Below, piece after piece: positions 1 through 9,439 of a stretch of DNA of 38,391 bases; the stretch's first letter is position 1, and each line of letters begins with the position of its first letter. The notes beneath the pieces are model-generated. The model saw nothing but the letters and a program-made list of their open reading frames with translations. It searched no databases and had not been told where the DNA came from. The DNA comes from an uncultured Rhodospirillaceae bacterium (lineage in GTDB: Bacteria > Pseudomonadota > Alphaproteobacteria > MPNO01 > UBA2964): positions 74,658 through 113,048 of the forward strand of contig CAZBKQ010000003.1 in NCBI GenBank assembly GCA_964492555.1, in the 5' to 3' direction. Made by a program: the position numbers and the translations under genes.

Positions 1-2960
1 CGCACATGGTGCAATGTCTGATGCACCAGCAGGATGGCGTTGTTCACCACCGTGCCGATCAGGATGACAAAGCCCAGCAGGGTAAGCATGTCGAGCGCCT
101 GGAAGTGATAGATGTTGAGGATCGAGAGCCCCGCGACACCGCCTGCGGTGGCCAACGGGACCGAGAACATGATGACCAGCGGGAAGATAAAGCTCTCGAA
201 CAGGATCGCCATCACCAGATAGACGATGGCGATGGCGATGATCAGATTGAACACCATCGCTTCCCAGGTCTTGTTCAGCTCATCTGCGGTCCCGGCAATG
301 TTCAGCCGTACGCCTTGCGGCAGCCCTTCCTGTGTCATCGGCGCAATGATTTCTTTCTGTACCCGTTCGATGGATGTCTCGAACGGGATATTGTCGGGCG
401 GGCGGATCTGGATCTGCACCGTGCGCTGGCGTTCGAAATGGCGAATCTGGGTCGGGCCCTCCGTGACCTCGATCCGCGCCAGCATATAGGCGGGCAAAAT
501 CTGTCCCGTCCGCGTGACGACCGGCAAATCGCCGATCCCCTGGGTGCGTTTCACCTGCTTGTCCGGGCCCATGAGGGTGAGGTCGATCCGGTTGGACCCG
601 TCCGTGACCTCGGCGACCCGCAACCCGTCATTGAAGGCATCGATGGATATGCCGAGATCGCGTGCGGTAAGCCCGACATCGGCGAGTTTCAACAGATCGG
701 GAATGATCCGCACTTCGGGGGCGCCGAGTTCCAGCCCCGGGCGGGGACGAAGCTGCGTGCCCTCGCTACGCGGCATAACGGAGGAAAGGCGTGTCATTGC
801 ATCGCGGGCCAGTTCCAGCAGCGTTTCCAGATCGGGCCCGGTGATGTTGAGGTCGATGACCTGCGATCCGCCAAGCCCGCGCCCGAAGATCGATGTCTGG
901 CGCGCAAAGCCGAACGTGCCGGGTTCGGAAAAGATCGTCCGGCGTAAAATCGGCACCAGTTCCTTCGCGCGGGTCGGGTCGGTGGCCGATGTGCCGATGA
1001 AAGTGGAGGTGGAGCGTGAAATGTACCAGAACCGGGCCATGCGGACGGGGCCCTTGTCGCACTCTTCCACCTGCACCGGCGGCCAGTCGGCCACGACTTT
1101 CAGGCGGCTGAACCAGGACGGGCATTCGACCGGTTTTTCATCCGGATCCGCCCAATAGCGTCGGGTCATCCTTTCCGCGCGCTCGGCCATATTGGTCAAT
1201 TGTTCAAGATTATAACCGGGCGGGGTCTGTGCGATGGCGAGCACAAAATTCCGGTTGCCATCCGGCAGATAGGAGAGTTTGGGCAGGAACAACCAGGTCC
1301 CGAATCCCGCGAGCCCGCAAACCGACGCGACGACGAGGATGCCCGCAAACCGGTTCGATATAGTTATTGTTGTAAAGCGGCAGACGAACCCCGCGAACGC
1401 CGACGCGGCGGCATCGATAAACGGTATTTTGCGCTTTTCCGCGACCTCATGCGTTTTTTCGCCGAGTAGCCAGCGCGCCAAGGCCGGCACCACCGTGATC
1501 GAAACGATGAGGGACAGCGTCACCGCGACCGAAAGCGCGATGGCTATATCGCGGAACAGCTGCCCGACCACCAGATCCATAACCAGGATCGGCGCGAATA
1601 CGACGACGGTGGTAACAGCGGATGCCATGATCGCGCCCCAGACCTCGTTGGCGCCGCGAATGGCGCCTTCGACGGGGCCGCGACCCATTTCCCGATGGCG
1701 GTATATATTTTCAAGGACGACAATGGCGGCGTCGACGACCATGCCGACGGCGAAGGCAAACCCGGCGAGCGAGATGACGTTTATGCTGCGCCCCAGCGCC
1801 GCCAGCGCCACGAAGGAGCCGATGATGGAAACAGGTATCGCCATGGAAACCACGGCGGTCGCGCCGAAGGAGCGCAGGAACAGCAGCAGGATGATCGCCG
1901 CCAATGTTCCGCCGACATAAATGTTCTGGCTGACCAGCCCGACGGCGGCATTGATATAGACGGTGTCGTCATGGACCTGTTCCATGACAAGCCCGGCCTG
2001 CGGCAGGACATCGTCGTTCAGCTCTTTGACGACCTTGCGGATATCTTCCATAGTTTCGATGACATTGGCGCCGGTATCGCGCACCGCGTTGACGATAATC
2101 GCGCTGCGTCCCCGGTCGCGCCGCCGGGACGTCGTCCGCTTGAAACCTTTTTCGACTTCGGCAATATCGCCGACGCGGACCCGCAGGATGCGGCCCGTCG
2201 CCGGATCGCGGGTGGACCGCAACACGACCTCTCTCACCCGCTCGACGGTGTTGAGTTCGCTCTCCGTGCGGACCGTGTATTCGCGCTTGCCTTCCTCGAC
2301 CTCACCAGCCGACAGATTGATGTTTGTCCCGCGCAGCGCATTGTTCAGATCGGTGACCGTCATCCGGAAATGGGCGAGCCGTTGCGGATCGATGATGATG
2401 CGGATTTCGGATTCGTTGCCGCCATAGACATTGACCAGCGCGACACCCTTGACCCGTTCCAGCCGGTCAAGAATGACGTCATCAACGAAGTCGCCATATT
2501 CGGAAATTTGCCGGCTGTTTCCCTCCCTGGTCCGGATCGAGAAATAGGCGATCGGGTTATCGTCGGAATCGCGTGTACGCAGTTCCGGCTCATCGGCCTC
2601 ATCTGGCAGATTGCCGACTTGTTGCAGCCGGTTATTGATCAGCAGGATGGAGCGGTTTCGATCGGCGTTGATGTTGAATTCCAGGCTGATACGCGCGCGT
2701 CCGCGGCTCGCCCAGGACTCCATGCTCTCAAGTCCTTCAAGCCCTTTAAGCGCTTCCTCCTGCGGGATCAGGATTTCGCGTTCGACCTCCAGCGGGGCCG
2801 CGCCGCGCCAGGTGGTCTGCACCTGGATCAGCGGTTTACGCACATCCGGGGTCAGCTGGATCGGAATCGCCTGAAGCGCGACCCAGCCCATCAGGACGAC
2901 CATCAACACAACGGACATCACGGCGACGGGACGCCGTACGGCAAGCTCAATCAGTTTCAT
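1..2960 (-). CDS. RND efflux transporter permease subunit (AcrB/AcrD/AcrF family), 3' end runs off the window
   Basis: Not in the ORF track because it is open at the edge. Manual translation from ATG 2960 gives MKLIELAVRRPVAVMSVVLMVVLMGWVALQAIPIQLTPDVRKP; TM4 region reads FAFAVGMVVDAAIVVLENIYRH. Same frame at the internal segments checked (~900-1200, ~1700). ATGA overlap with the adaptor stop. Confidence 0.95.
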   Translation of the reverse strand, partial: MKLIELAVRRPVAVMSVVLMVVLMGWVALQAIPIQLTPDVRKPLIQVQTTWRGAAPLEVEREILIPQEEALKGLEGLESMESWASRGRARISLEFNINADRNRSILLINNRLQQVGNLPDEADEPELRTRDSDDNPIAYFSIRTREGNSRQISEYGDFVDDVILDRLERVKGVALVNVYGGNESEIRIIIDPQRLAHFRMTVTDLNNALRGTNINLSAGEVEEGKREYTVRTESELNTVERVREVVLRSTRDPATGRILRVRVGDIAEVEKGFKRTTSRRRDRGRSAIIVNAVRDTGANVIETMEDIRKVVKELNDDVLPQAGLVMEQVHDDTVYINAAVGLVSQNIYVGGTLAAIILLLFLRSFGATAVVSMAIPVSIIGSFVALAALGRSINVISLAGFAFAVGMVVDAAIVVLENIYRHREMGRGPVEGAIRGANEVWGAIMASAVTTVVVFAPILVMDLVVGQLFRDIAIALSVAVTLSLIVSITVVPALARWLLGEKTHEVAEKRKIPFIDAAASAFAGFVCRFTTITISNRFAGILVVASVCGLAGFGTWLFLPKLSYLPDGNRNFVLAIAQTPPGYNLEQLTNMAERAERMTRRYWADPDEKPVECPSWFSRLKVVADWPPVQVEECDKGPVRMARFWYISRSTSTFIGTSATDPTRAKELVPILRRTIFSEPGTFGFARQTSIFGRGLGGSQVIDLNITGPDLETLLELARDAMTRLSSVMPRSEGTQLRPRPGLELGAPEVRIIPDLLKLADVGLTARDLGISIDAFNDGLRVAEVTDGSNRIDLTLMGPDKQVKRTQGIGDLPVVTRTGQILPAYMLARIEVTEGPTQIRHFERQRTVQIQIRPPDNIPFETSIERVQKEIIAPMTQEGLPQGVRLNIAGTADELNKTWEAMVFNLIIAIAIVYLVMAILFESFIFPLVIMFSVPLATAGGVAGLSILNIYHFQALDMLTLLGFVILIGTVVNNAILLVHQTLHHV

Positions 2961-4354
2961 GAGCCGGATCCTTCTTTATTGCGGCGGTGCCGTTCGCGTC
3001 CCTCGCTCTTGCTGCCATCGCCACGATCGGCGCTTTTGTCATCACCTCCACCGCGTCGTCCGCGCCGGCTTTCGCCACCGCCCCGGCCACCGCGTCCGCC
3101 GGCACCTTGCAGTTTGACCTTCTGGTTCGGCCGCAATCTTTCATTGCCGCGCACGACGACCTTGTCACCCGGCTTCAGCCCTTTCAGAACTTCGAAGCGC
3201 GATCCGAAAGTCTCGCCCAATTCCACCTGCCGGAGCGAGGCCGTCATCTTTTCCTCATCGACGACGAATACGACCTTGTTGCCCCGGCGAACGGTGATCG
3301 CGTCTTTATGGACGGTGACGGCCACACGCGTCGGGCCCGCCGGAATCCGCAGCCGTACGCTTTGGTTGGCGGCGACCATCTTGTGTTCGGAATTCAGCGC
3401 CGGGACGAAACGCACCAGCCGGGTGCGGGACAGCGCGTTTTCTTCCGGTACCACGGCGCGGACGGTTGCCTTGAACTCTGCGCCATGTTCCGGGAGCACA
3501 TCGACGTCGCGGCCCTGATCGAGCCCGCCGACCCGGTTCCCCGGGACTTCGGCTTCGACTTCCAGCGTGCTGTCATTGACCATGGTCACGACATTGGCCC
3601 CGACATTGACGTAATTCCCGACCTCGACATGAAGCACCGTTACGACCCCGTCGAACGGCGCGAGCACGGTTGAGTTGGCGAGGTTGATATCGGCCATACG
3701 CAATTCGGCTCCGGCCTGTTCGGCCTTTGCCACCGCCTCGGCCCGCGCGCTTCTGAAACGTTCGACATCGCGGCGCTTGTCGTTATAGCGGGCGACGGAA
3801 AACGCTGCTGATTTCCGCAGCCGTTCGAGCCGTTTCAATTCCTGCTGGGCCAGTCCCAGCTGCGCGTCCGCACGGTTGATGCTCGCGCGGTATTCCTTGA
3901 GCTCCGCGGCTTTGAGACCGCGTTCGGCCTCCAGCATTGCGGTGATCAACCGGATCAGCGGCTGCCCCTTCGTCACACGATCGCCGACCCTGATCAGCAC
4001 TTCGCCCACCGCGCCGCGTGTGCGCGAGGCGACGACACCAGCCTGGTGCGCGACGAGACGGCCATAAACCAGAACGGTTTCCGATTGGCTTCCCTTGATC
4101 ACGGGATCGACGACTACCGTGGCGGGTCCACCGCGTCCCCGGCGGCCGCGCCGTTTGTTGCCGCTTTTTTTCTCCGCCGACGGTTTTTTCGATTCGGATT
4201 TTTCCGATTGCTTGCCGCCGCGCTCCTGACCGGTTGCGGGGGAGGCTGACATCACGCCAAGGGACAGAGCCGCGAGAAGCGGAAGAACGAAAATCAGCCA
4301 CTGGGGACTTTTCCACGCCCCGGCGGAGCGAAGTGCGATACGACCATTTTTCAT
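2957..4354 (-). CDS. RND efflux periplasmic adaptor (membrane fusion protein)
   Basis: Lipoyl-like halves (VASRTRGAVGEVLIRVGDRVTKGQPL; VLAPFDGVV...VEVGNYV), coiled-coil hairpin and GLKPGDKVVVRG. Start taken at ATG 4354 (MKNGRIALR) inside ORF 2957..4468. Confidence 0.92.
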   Translation of the reverse strand: MKNGRIALRSAGAWKSPQWLIFVLPLLAALSLGVMSASPATGQERGGKQSEKSESKKPSAEKKSGNKRRGRRGRGGPATVVVDPVIKGSQSETVLVYGRLVAHQAGVVASRTRGAVGEVLIRVGDRVTKGQPLIRLITAMLEAERGLKAAELKEYRASINRADAQLGLAQQELKRLERLRKSAAFSVARYNDKRRDVERFRSARAEAVAKAEQAGAELRMADINLANSTVLAPFDGVVTVLHVEVGNYVNVGANVVTMVNDSTLEVEAEVPGNRVGGLDQGRDVDVLPEHGAEFKATVRAVVPEENALSRTRLVRFVPALNSEHKMVAANQSVRLRIPAGPTRVAVTVHKDAITVRRGNKVVFVVDEEKMTASLRQVELGETFGSRFEVLKGLKPGDKVVVRGNERLRPNQKVKLQGAGGRGGRGGGESRRGRRGGGDDKSADRGDGSKSEGRERHRRNKEGSGS

Positions 4355-4541
4355 TTTAGACGAACCTCGAAATGCATGGCGCTGATCTCTTAAGCCTTTC
4401 GGGGGCTGTTTTGCGTCGCCATGATAAAATTGATGAAAAACAATGTAATGTGTCCTTTGGACAGTCAACAGGATTCAGCAGACCGAACACGTCCGTCTCG
4501 TAACACGGTCGACGTCCTGAATCTCCGTCGGAGTGAAACGC

Positions 4542-5474
4542 ATGACCACAGCGCTTTTCAGCCACGAAAGTTCGGAGGCCCACGATACCGGCCCCGGGCA
4601 TCCCGAACGTTCCGATCGCATCCGCGCCGTCAATCGCGCGCTTGCCGCGAACAGCTTCGATGCGCTCGACCGCATTGAGGCGCCGCGCGCGACGGTGGAC
4701 CAGATCGCGCGGATTCATGGCAAGGATTATGTCGAAAACCTGCTCGCGTCGGTTCCGCAAGATGGCTGGGCGCGGATTGATCCCGATACGGTGATGTCGC
4801 CCGAGACGGGCGAGGCCGCCTTGCGCGCCGCCGGTGCGGCCATCGCGGCCGTCGATCGAGTCCTTTCCGGCGAATCGGATAACGCCTTTTGCGCGGTGCG
4901 CCCGCCCGGTCACCATGCGGAGGTCCATCACGGGATGGGGTTTTGCTTCTTTAACAATGTCGCGATCGCCGCCCGGCATGCGCAGGTGGCGCACGGCCTG
5001 GGTCGCGTGGCGATCGTCGATTTCGACGTCCATCACGGGAACGGAACTCAGGCCGCGTTCTGGGACGACGATTCCGTCTTTTTTGCCTCATCCCACCAGT
5101 TTCCGTTTTATCCCGGGACCGGCGCGGAAGCCGAAACCGGCGCCGGCAATATTCATAACCTGCCGCTGGAGGCCGGAACCGGGTCGGCAAAGTTCCGGAA
5201 TGGCTGGGACTCCCGCGTGTTTCCCGCTTTGGACGCTTTCGCGCCCGAGCTACTGATTATCTCCGCCGGGTTCGATGCCCATGCCCGGGATCCGCTGGCG
5301 TCACTACGGCTGGAGGAAGAAGATTTTGCCTGGATCACGCGGAAATTGCTGGAGGTCGCGGGTAATTCCTGCGACGGCAAGACGGTTTCGAGCCTTGAAG
5401 GCGGGTATGATCTGGACGCGCTGGGCGACAGCGTTGCGGCCCATGTTTCCGAATTAATGCGTGCCGGGCGATAA
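4542..5474 (+). CDS. Zn-dependent histone-deacetylase-family (AcuC/AphA-like) deacetylase
   Basis: Motifs [33 protein letters not shown]; GGAG RBS before ATG 4542. Confidence 0.93.
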   Translation: MTTALFSHESSEAHDTGPGHPERSDRIRAVNRALAANSFDALDRIEAPRATVDQIARIHGKDYVENLLASVPQDGWARIDPDTVMSPETGEAALRAAGAAIAAVDRVLSGESDNAFCAVRPPGHHAEVHHGMGFCFFNNVAIAARHAQVAHGLGRVAIVDFDVHHGNGTQAAFWDDDSVFFASSHQFPFYPGTGAEAETGAGNIHNLPLEAGTGSAKFRNGWDSRVFPALDAFAPELLIISAGFDAHARDPLASLRLEEEDFAWITRKLLEVAGNSCDGKTVSSLEGGYDLDALGDSVAAHVSELMRAGR

Positions 5475-5509
5475 CGGGCGTCGAATAGGGGCGGGTCGGG
5501 CCCGCCGCC

Positions 5510-5538
5510 TTGCCCTTCGCACTCTGTATATCTAAACT
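5510..5538 (+). promoter_or_regulatory. Candidate sigma70 promoter for xseB-ispA-dxs
   Basis: TTGCCC (5510-5515), 17-nt spacer, TAAACT (5533-5538). Confidence 0.5.
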
Positions 5539-5568
5539 TGATCTCTGCAAACATTAGTGAAGTCGGGC

Positions 5569-5835
5569 ATGGCAAATCCCAAGGAAAATGCGGCGGAAGC
5601 GCCGCCTGAGGTCGATACGCTCACATTCGAGGCGGCGTTGGCGGAGCTGGAGGAAATCGTCCGTCAGCTTGAGCAAGGCCGCAGCAGTCTCGATGAGGCG
5701 ATTGCCGCCTATGAGCGCGGGGCACAGCTGAAGAAACATTGTGAAAAGAAGCTCGAAGAGGCGCGCATGCGCGTTGAAAAAATCTCTATTGGGCCCGACG
5801 GCCCGCAAGGCACGGAGCCCGCGGATCTTGAGTGA
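5569..5835 (+). CDS. xseB: Exodeoxyribonuclease VII small subunit
   Basis: TFEAALAELEEIVRQLEQG...LDEAIAAYERGAQLKKHCEKKLEEARMRVEKI; canonical position before ispA-dxs. Start at 5569 or 5557. Confidence 0.95.
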   Translation: MANPKENAAEAPPEVDTLTFEAALAELEEIVRQLEQGRSSLDEAIAAYERGAQLKKHCEKKLEEARMRVEKISIGPDGPQGTEPADLE

Positions 5836-6733
5836 GGCAAAGGCTATTGCCCCGCTGTCCGACGCCATGTCCCGGGGTGCGGAGGCTATTGAACAGTTTT
5901 TGGACAGTGTTCTCACGCCCCCTGAAGGACCGGAAGCGCGTTTGTTTAACTCCATGCGCTATTCCTCGCTTGGCGGCGGCAAGCGCATGCGACCGTTTCT
6001 GACGATGCAAAGTGCCCGCCTTTTCGGTGTGCCGGACAGCAGGGCACTGCGCGCCGGAGCCGCCGTGGAGCTTGTCCATTGCTACTCATTGATTCATGAC
6101 GATTTACCGGCCATGGACGATGACGATTTTCGCCGTGGCAAGCCGTCCAACCATAAAGCTTATGACGATGCGACCGCGATTCTTGCTGGCGATGCGCTGT
6201 TGACCCTGGCGTTCGAGGTGCTAGCTCACAGTGATACGCACCCGGAAGGCGACGTGCGGAGCGAGCTTGTCTTGGGCCTCACGCGCGCCGCCGGCGCTAA
6301 CGGCATGGTCGGCGGACAGATGATCGATCTTCTGGCAGAAGATATGGATGCGGATGTGTCTCTGATTTCCCGTATTCAGCGTTTGAAGACCGGGGCCCTC
6401 ATTGCTTTCGCGTGTGAGGCCGGGGCGATCCTGGGCAAGGCGAATGACGAACAAAAAGAGGCGTTGCGCCGTTATTCCAATGACGTCGGTCTCGCCTTTC
6501 AGATAAAAGATGATTTGCTTGACACGCTGGGTAAAGCAGAGGATATCGGCAAGGCGACACAAAAGGATGCGGATGCCGGAAAGGCGACATTCGTCGGACT
6601 GCTCGGCGTGGAAGAGGCGCAGCAGCGCGCCGAACTGCTTTGCCAGCAGGCGATTTCCCATCTTGAGATATTTGGTGATAACGCCGCGCATTTGCGCGGC
6701 ATAGCAAGATTCGCCATCGACAGGCGGACATAA
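5828..6733 (+). CDS. ispA: Farnesyl diphosphate synthase / geranyltranstransferase
   Basis: GGKRMRP, first Asp-rich motif [23 protein letters not shown], second motif [13 protein letters not shown]. Start uncertain (TTG 5828 or ATG 5867). Confidence 0.92.
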   Translation: MSEAKAIAPLSDAMSRGAEAIEQFLDSVLTPPEGPEARLFNSMRYSSLGGGKRMRPFLTMQSARLFGVPDSRALRAGAAVELVHCYSLIHDDLPAMDDDDFRRGKPSNHKAYDDATAILAGDALLTLAFEVLAHSDTHPEGDVRSELVLGLTRAAGANGMVGGQMIDLLAEDMDADVSLISRIQRLKTGALIAFACEAGAILGKANDEQKEALRRYSNDVGLAFQIKDDLLDTLGKAEDIGKATQKDADAGKATFVGLLGVEEAQQRAELLCQQAISHLEIFGDNAAHLRGIARFAIDRRT

Positions 6734-6743
6734 GGAGCGCGTT

Positions 6744-8666
6744 TTGGCCAACGGACCGGAAACACCGTTACTGGACAAGGTCAAGCTGCCGGCCGATCTT
6801 CGCGAGCTCGAAGAGGATCAGCTGCGGCAGTTGGCGGATGAACTGCGGACGGAGACCATCGACGCCGTCTCTTCGACAGGCGGCCATCTCGGCGCCGGGC
6901 TCGGTGTGGTCGAACTTACCGTTGCTTTGCATTACGTATTCAACACGCCCGATGACCGGATCGTCTGGGATGTCGGCCATCAGGCTTATCCCCACAAAAT
7001 TCTGACCGGTCGGCGGGACCGGATCCGGACATTGCGCCAGGGCGGTGGCTTGTCCGGTTTCACCAAGCGGTCGGAAAGCGAATACGACCCGTTTGGCGCG
7101 GCCCATGCCGCGACATCGATTTCCGCCGCGCTCGGCTTTGCGGTCGCCCGGGATTTTTCCGGCGGCGACAATAATTGCATCGCCGTGATCGGCGACGGGT
7201 CCATGACGGCGGGCATGGCCTATGAGGCGATGAACAATGCCGGGTCGATGAAATCCCGATTGATCGTGATTCTGAACGATAATGACATGTCGATTGCGCC
7301 GCCGGTCGGCGCGATGAGCGCTTATCTGTCCCGGCTCGTTTCCTCACGGTCTTACCGGTCACTGCGTCACCTGATGCGCGACCTCGCCAAGAAATTCCCG
7401 CGTCCGCTGGAAACCGCCGCGACCCGGGCGGAAGAATATGCCCGCGGTATGGTGACCGGCGGCACCATGTTCGAGGAGCTTGGCTTTTACTATGTCGGGC
7501 CGATCGACGGACATAATCTGGATCATCTGTTGCCGGTCCTAAAGAATGTCCGCGACTCGGAAGAAGACGGCCCGGTCCTGATACATATCGTCACCAAGAA
7601 GGGTGGCGGGTATCCGCCGGCCGAAGCGGCTGAGGACAAGTATCACGGCGTCGGCAAGTTCGATGTAGTGACCGGCACGCTCGCCAAGGCGCCGCAGGGG
7701 CCGCCCGCCTATACCAAGGTTTTTGCCAATGTGCTGATCAAGGAAGCGGAAAAGGACGAGAAGATCGTCGCGGTCAATGCGGCGATGCCCTCCGGCACCG
7801 GGCTCGATACGTTCGGCGCGGCCTTTCCGGAACGTACCTTCGATGTCGGCATCGCCGAACAGCACGCGGTGACTTTCTGCGCGGGGCTGGCGGCGGAGGG
7901 ATACAAGCCGTTCGCGGCGATTTATTCGACCTTCCTGCAACGCGCCTATGATTCTGTCGTGCATGACGTCGCGATCCAGGGTCTGCCGGTGCGTTTTTGT
8001 ATGGACCGTGCGGGCATGGTCGGCGCGGACGGGGTTACCCATCAGGGCGCCTATGACATCGCGTATCTCGGCTGTCTGCCGGGCATGGTGCTGATGGCGC
8101 CGTCAGATGAGGCGGAACTGGTGCACATGGTCGCCACCGCCGTCGATCTTGACGACCGGCCGAGCGGGCTGCGTTATCCGCGCGGCGGCGGTACCGGCGT
8201 GGAGCTGCCGGCCAAGGGCGAGATTCTGCCTATTGGCAAGGGCCGCATCGTAAAGGAAGGCACCAAGGTCGCGCTGCTGTCTTACGGGACGCGGCTTGCG
8301 GATTGCCTGAGCTCGGCGGAAGAACTCGGCGCGCGGGGCCTGTCGACCACGGTTGCCGATGCGCGCTTTGCAAAACCCATCGATGAGGAACTCGTGCGCC
8401 GTCTGGCGACGGATCATGAAGTGCTGATTACCGTCGAGGAAGGGTCGATCGGCGGATTTGCGACGCAAGTGATGCAATTCCTGACGTTGACGGGACTGCT
8501 CGATAACGGGCTCAAGTTCCGGCCGATCTGTCAGCCGGATGTCTTTATCGATCACGAATCCCAGCAGAAGCAGAACGAGATCGCCGGACTGCATCCGGCA
8601 GGTATCGTCACAATGGCGCTGTCGGCGCTGGGGCAGGAAATAGCGGAGAGCACCGCGCGCGCCTGA
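6744..8666 (+). CDS. dxs: 1-deoxy-D-xylulose-5-phosphate synthase
   Basis: [23 protein letters not shown] motif GDGSMTAG...[16 protein letters not shown]; TTG start with AGGAG RBS. Confidence 0.98.
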   Translation: MANGPETPLLDKVKLPADLRELEEDQLRQLADELRTETIDAVSSTGGHLGAGLGVVELTVALHYVFNTPDDRIVWDVGHQAYPHKILTGRRDRIRTLRQGGGLSGFTKRSESEYDPFGAAHAATSISAALGFAVARDFSGGDNNCIAVIGDGSMTAGMAYEAMNNAGSMKSRLIVILNDNDMSIAPPVGAMSAYLSRLVSSRSYRSLRHLMRDLAKKFPRPLETAATRAEEYARGMVTGGTMFEELGFYYVGPIDGHNLDHLLPVLKNVRDSEEDGPVLIHIVTKKGGGYPPAEAAEDKYHGVGKFDVVTGTLAKAPQGPPAYTKVFANVLIKEAEKDEKIVAVNAAMPSGTGLDTFGAAFPERTFDVGIAEQHAVTFCAGLAAEGYKPFAAIYSTFLQRAYDSVVHDVAIQGLPVRFCMDRAGMVGADGVTHQGAYDIAYLGCLPGMVLMAPSDEAELVHMVATAVDLDDRPSGLRYPRGGGTGVELPAKGEILPIGKGRIVKEGTKVALLSYGTRLADCLSSAEELGARGLSTTVADARFAKPIDEELVRRLATDHEVLITVEEGSIGGFATQVMQFLTLTGLLDNGLKFRPICQPDVFIDHESQQKQNEIAGLHPAGIVTMALSALGQEIAESTARA

Positions 8667-8686
8667 TCGCGCCCGGACCGGACATC

Positions 8687-9439
8687 ATGGCCGGTAAAAC
8701 CCGACTGGATGCGTTACTTGTCGCCCGCGGGCTCGCGGAAAACCGCACGCGCGCCCAGGCGCTTATCATTTCGGGTGTTGTGTATTCGGGCGAAACACGG
8801 CTCGACAAGCCCGGCCATCAGATTGCCGACGACACCGCTCTGGAGATGCGTGGCGCCAAGACCCCGTGGGTGTCCCGCGGTGGAGAGAAGCTCGCCCACG
8901 CGCTGGAGCATTTTTGTCTCTCCGTCGACGGGCTGGATTGCCTGGATGTTGGATCATCGACCGGCGGGTTTACCGATGTGCTGCTGCAGAATGGCGCGGC
9001 GCATGTCACGGCGGTCGATGTCGGGCGCGGCCAGCTGGACTGGAAGCTGCGGAATGACTCCCGGGTCACGGTACAGGAGGGCACCAACGCGCGCTATCTG
9101 ACGGCGGAACAGATCACCGCGCCGCCCGATATGGTGGTCTGCGACGCGAGCTTTATCGGGCTGCGGACGGTATTACCCGCCGCGCTGTCCTTGGCCGCGC
9201 CGGAAGCCGTGCTGGTCGCCCTGATCAAACCGCAATTCGAAGTCGGCAAAGGGCGGGTCGGAAAGGGCGGGGTGGTGCGCGATCCCGATTTGCATACAGA
9301 GGTCTGCGAGATTATCGAGGTTTGGCTTTCCAACGAGATGGGCTGGCGGGTCGAAGGGATCACCGAAAGTCCGATCAAGGGCCCCAAGGGCAATATCGAA
9401 TTTCTGATTTGTGCGCGGCGCGAAGGCGATGGCGGATAG
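8687..9439 (+). CDS. tlyA: TlyA-family rRNA 2'-O-methyltransferase
   Basis: N-terminal S4-like RLDALLVARGL; VSRGGEKL, DVGSSTGGFT, LIKPQFE, SPIKGPKGNIEF; follows dxs. Confidence 0.95.
   Translation: MAGKTRLDALLVARGLAENRTRAQALIISGVVYSGETRLDKPGHQIADDTALEMRGAKTPWVSRGGEKLAHALEHFCLSVDGLDCLDVGSSTGGFTDVLLQNGAAHVTAVDVGRGQLDWKLRNDSRVTVQEGTNARYLTAEQITAPPDMVVCDASFIGLRTVLPAALSLAAPEAVLVALIKPQFEVGKGRVGKGGVVRDPDLHTEVCEIIEVWLSNEMGWRVEGITESPIKGPKGNIEFLICARREGDGG

Noticed and set aside
6-3518. Long plus-strand ORFs 6..947 and 1695..3518
   Set aside because: They are in codon register with the minus-strand RND permease over most of their length: antisense shadow ORFs typical of GC-rich genes, with no recognisable motifs.
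4393-4412. Small hairpin followed by GTTTT, a possible terminator
   Set aside because: Only about 5 bp with a G-U pair, and no plus-strand gene upstream to terminate.
4356-5036. 226-aa minus-strand ORF
   Set aside because: Antisense shadow of the deacetylase gene.
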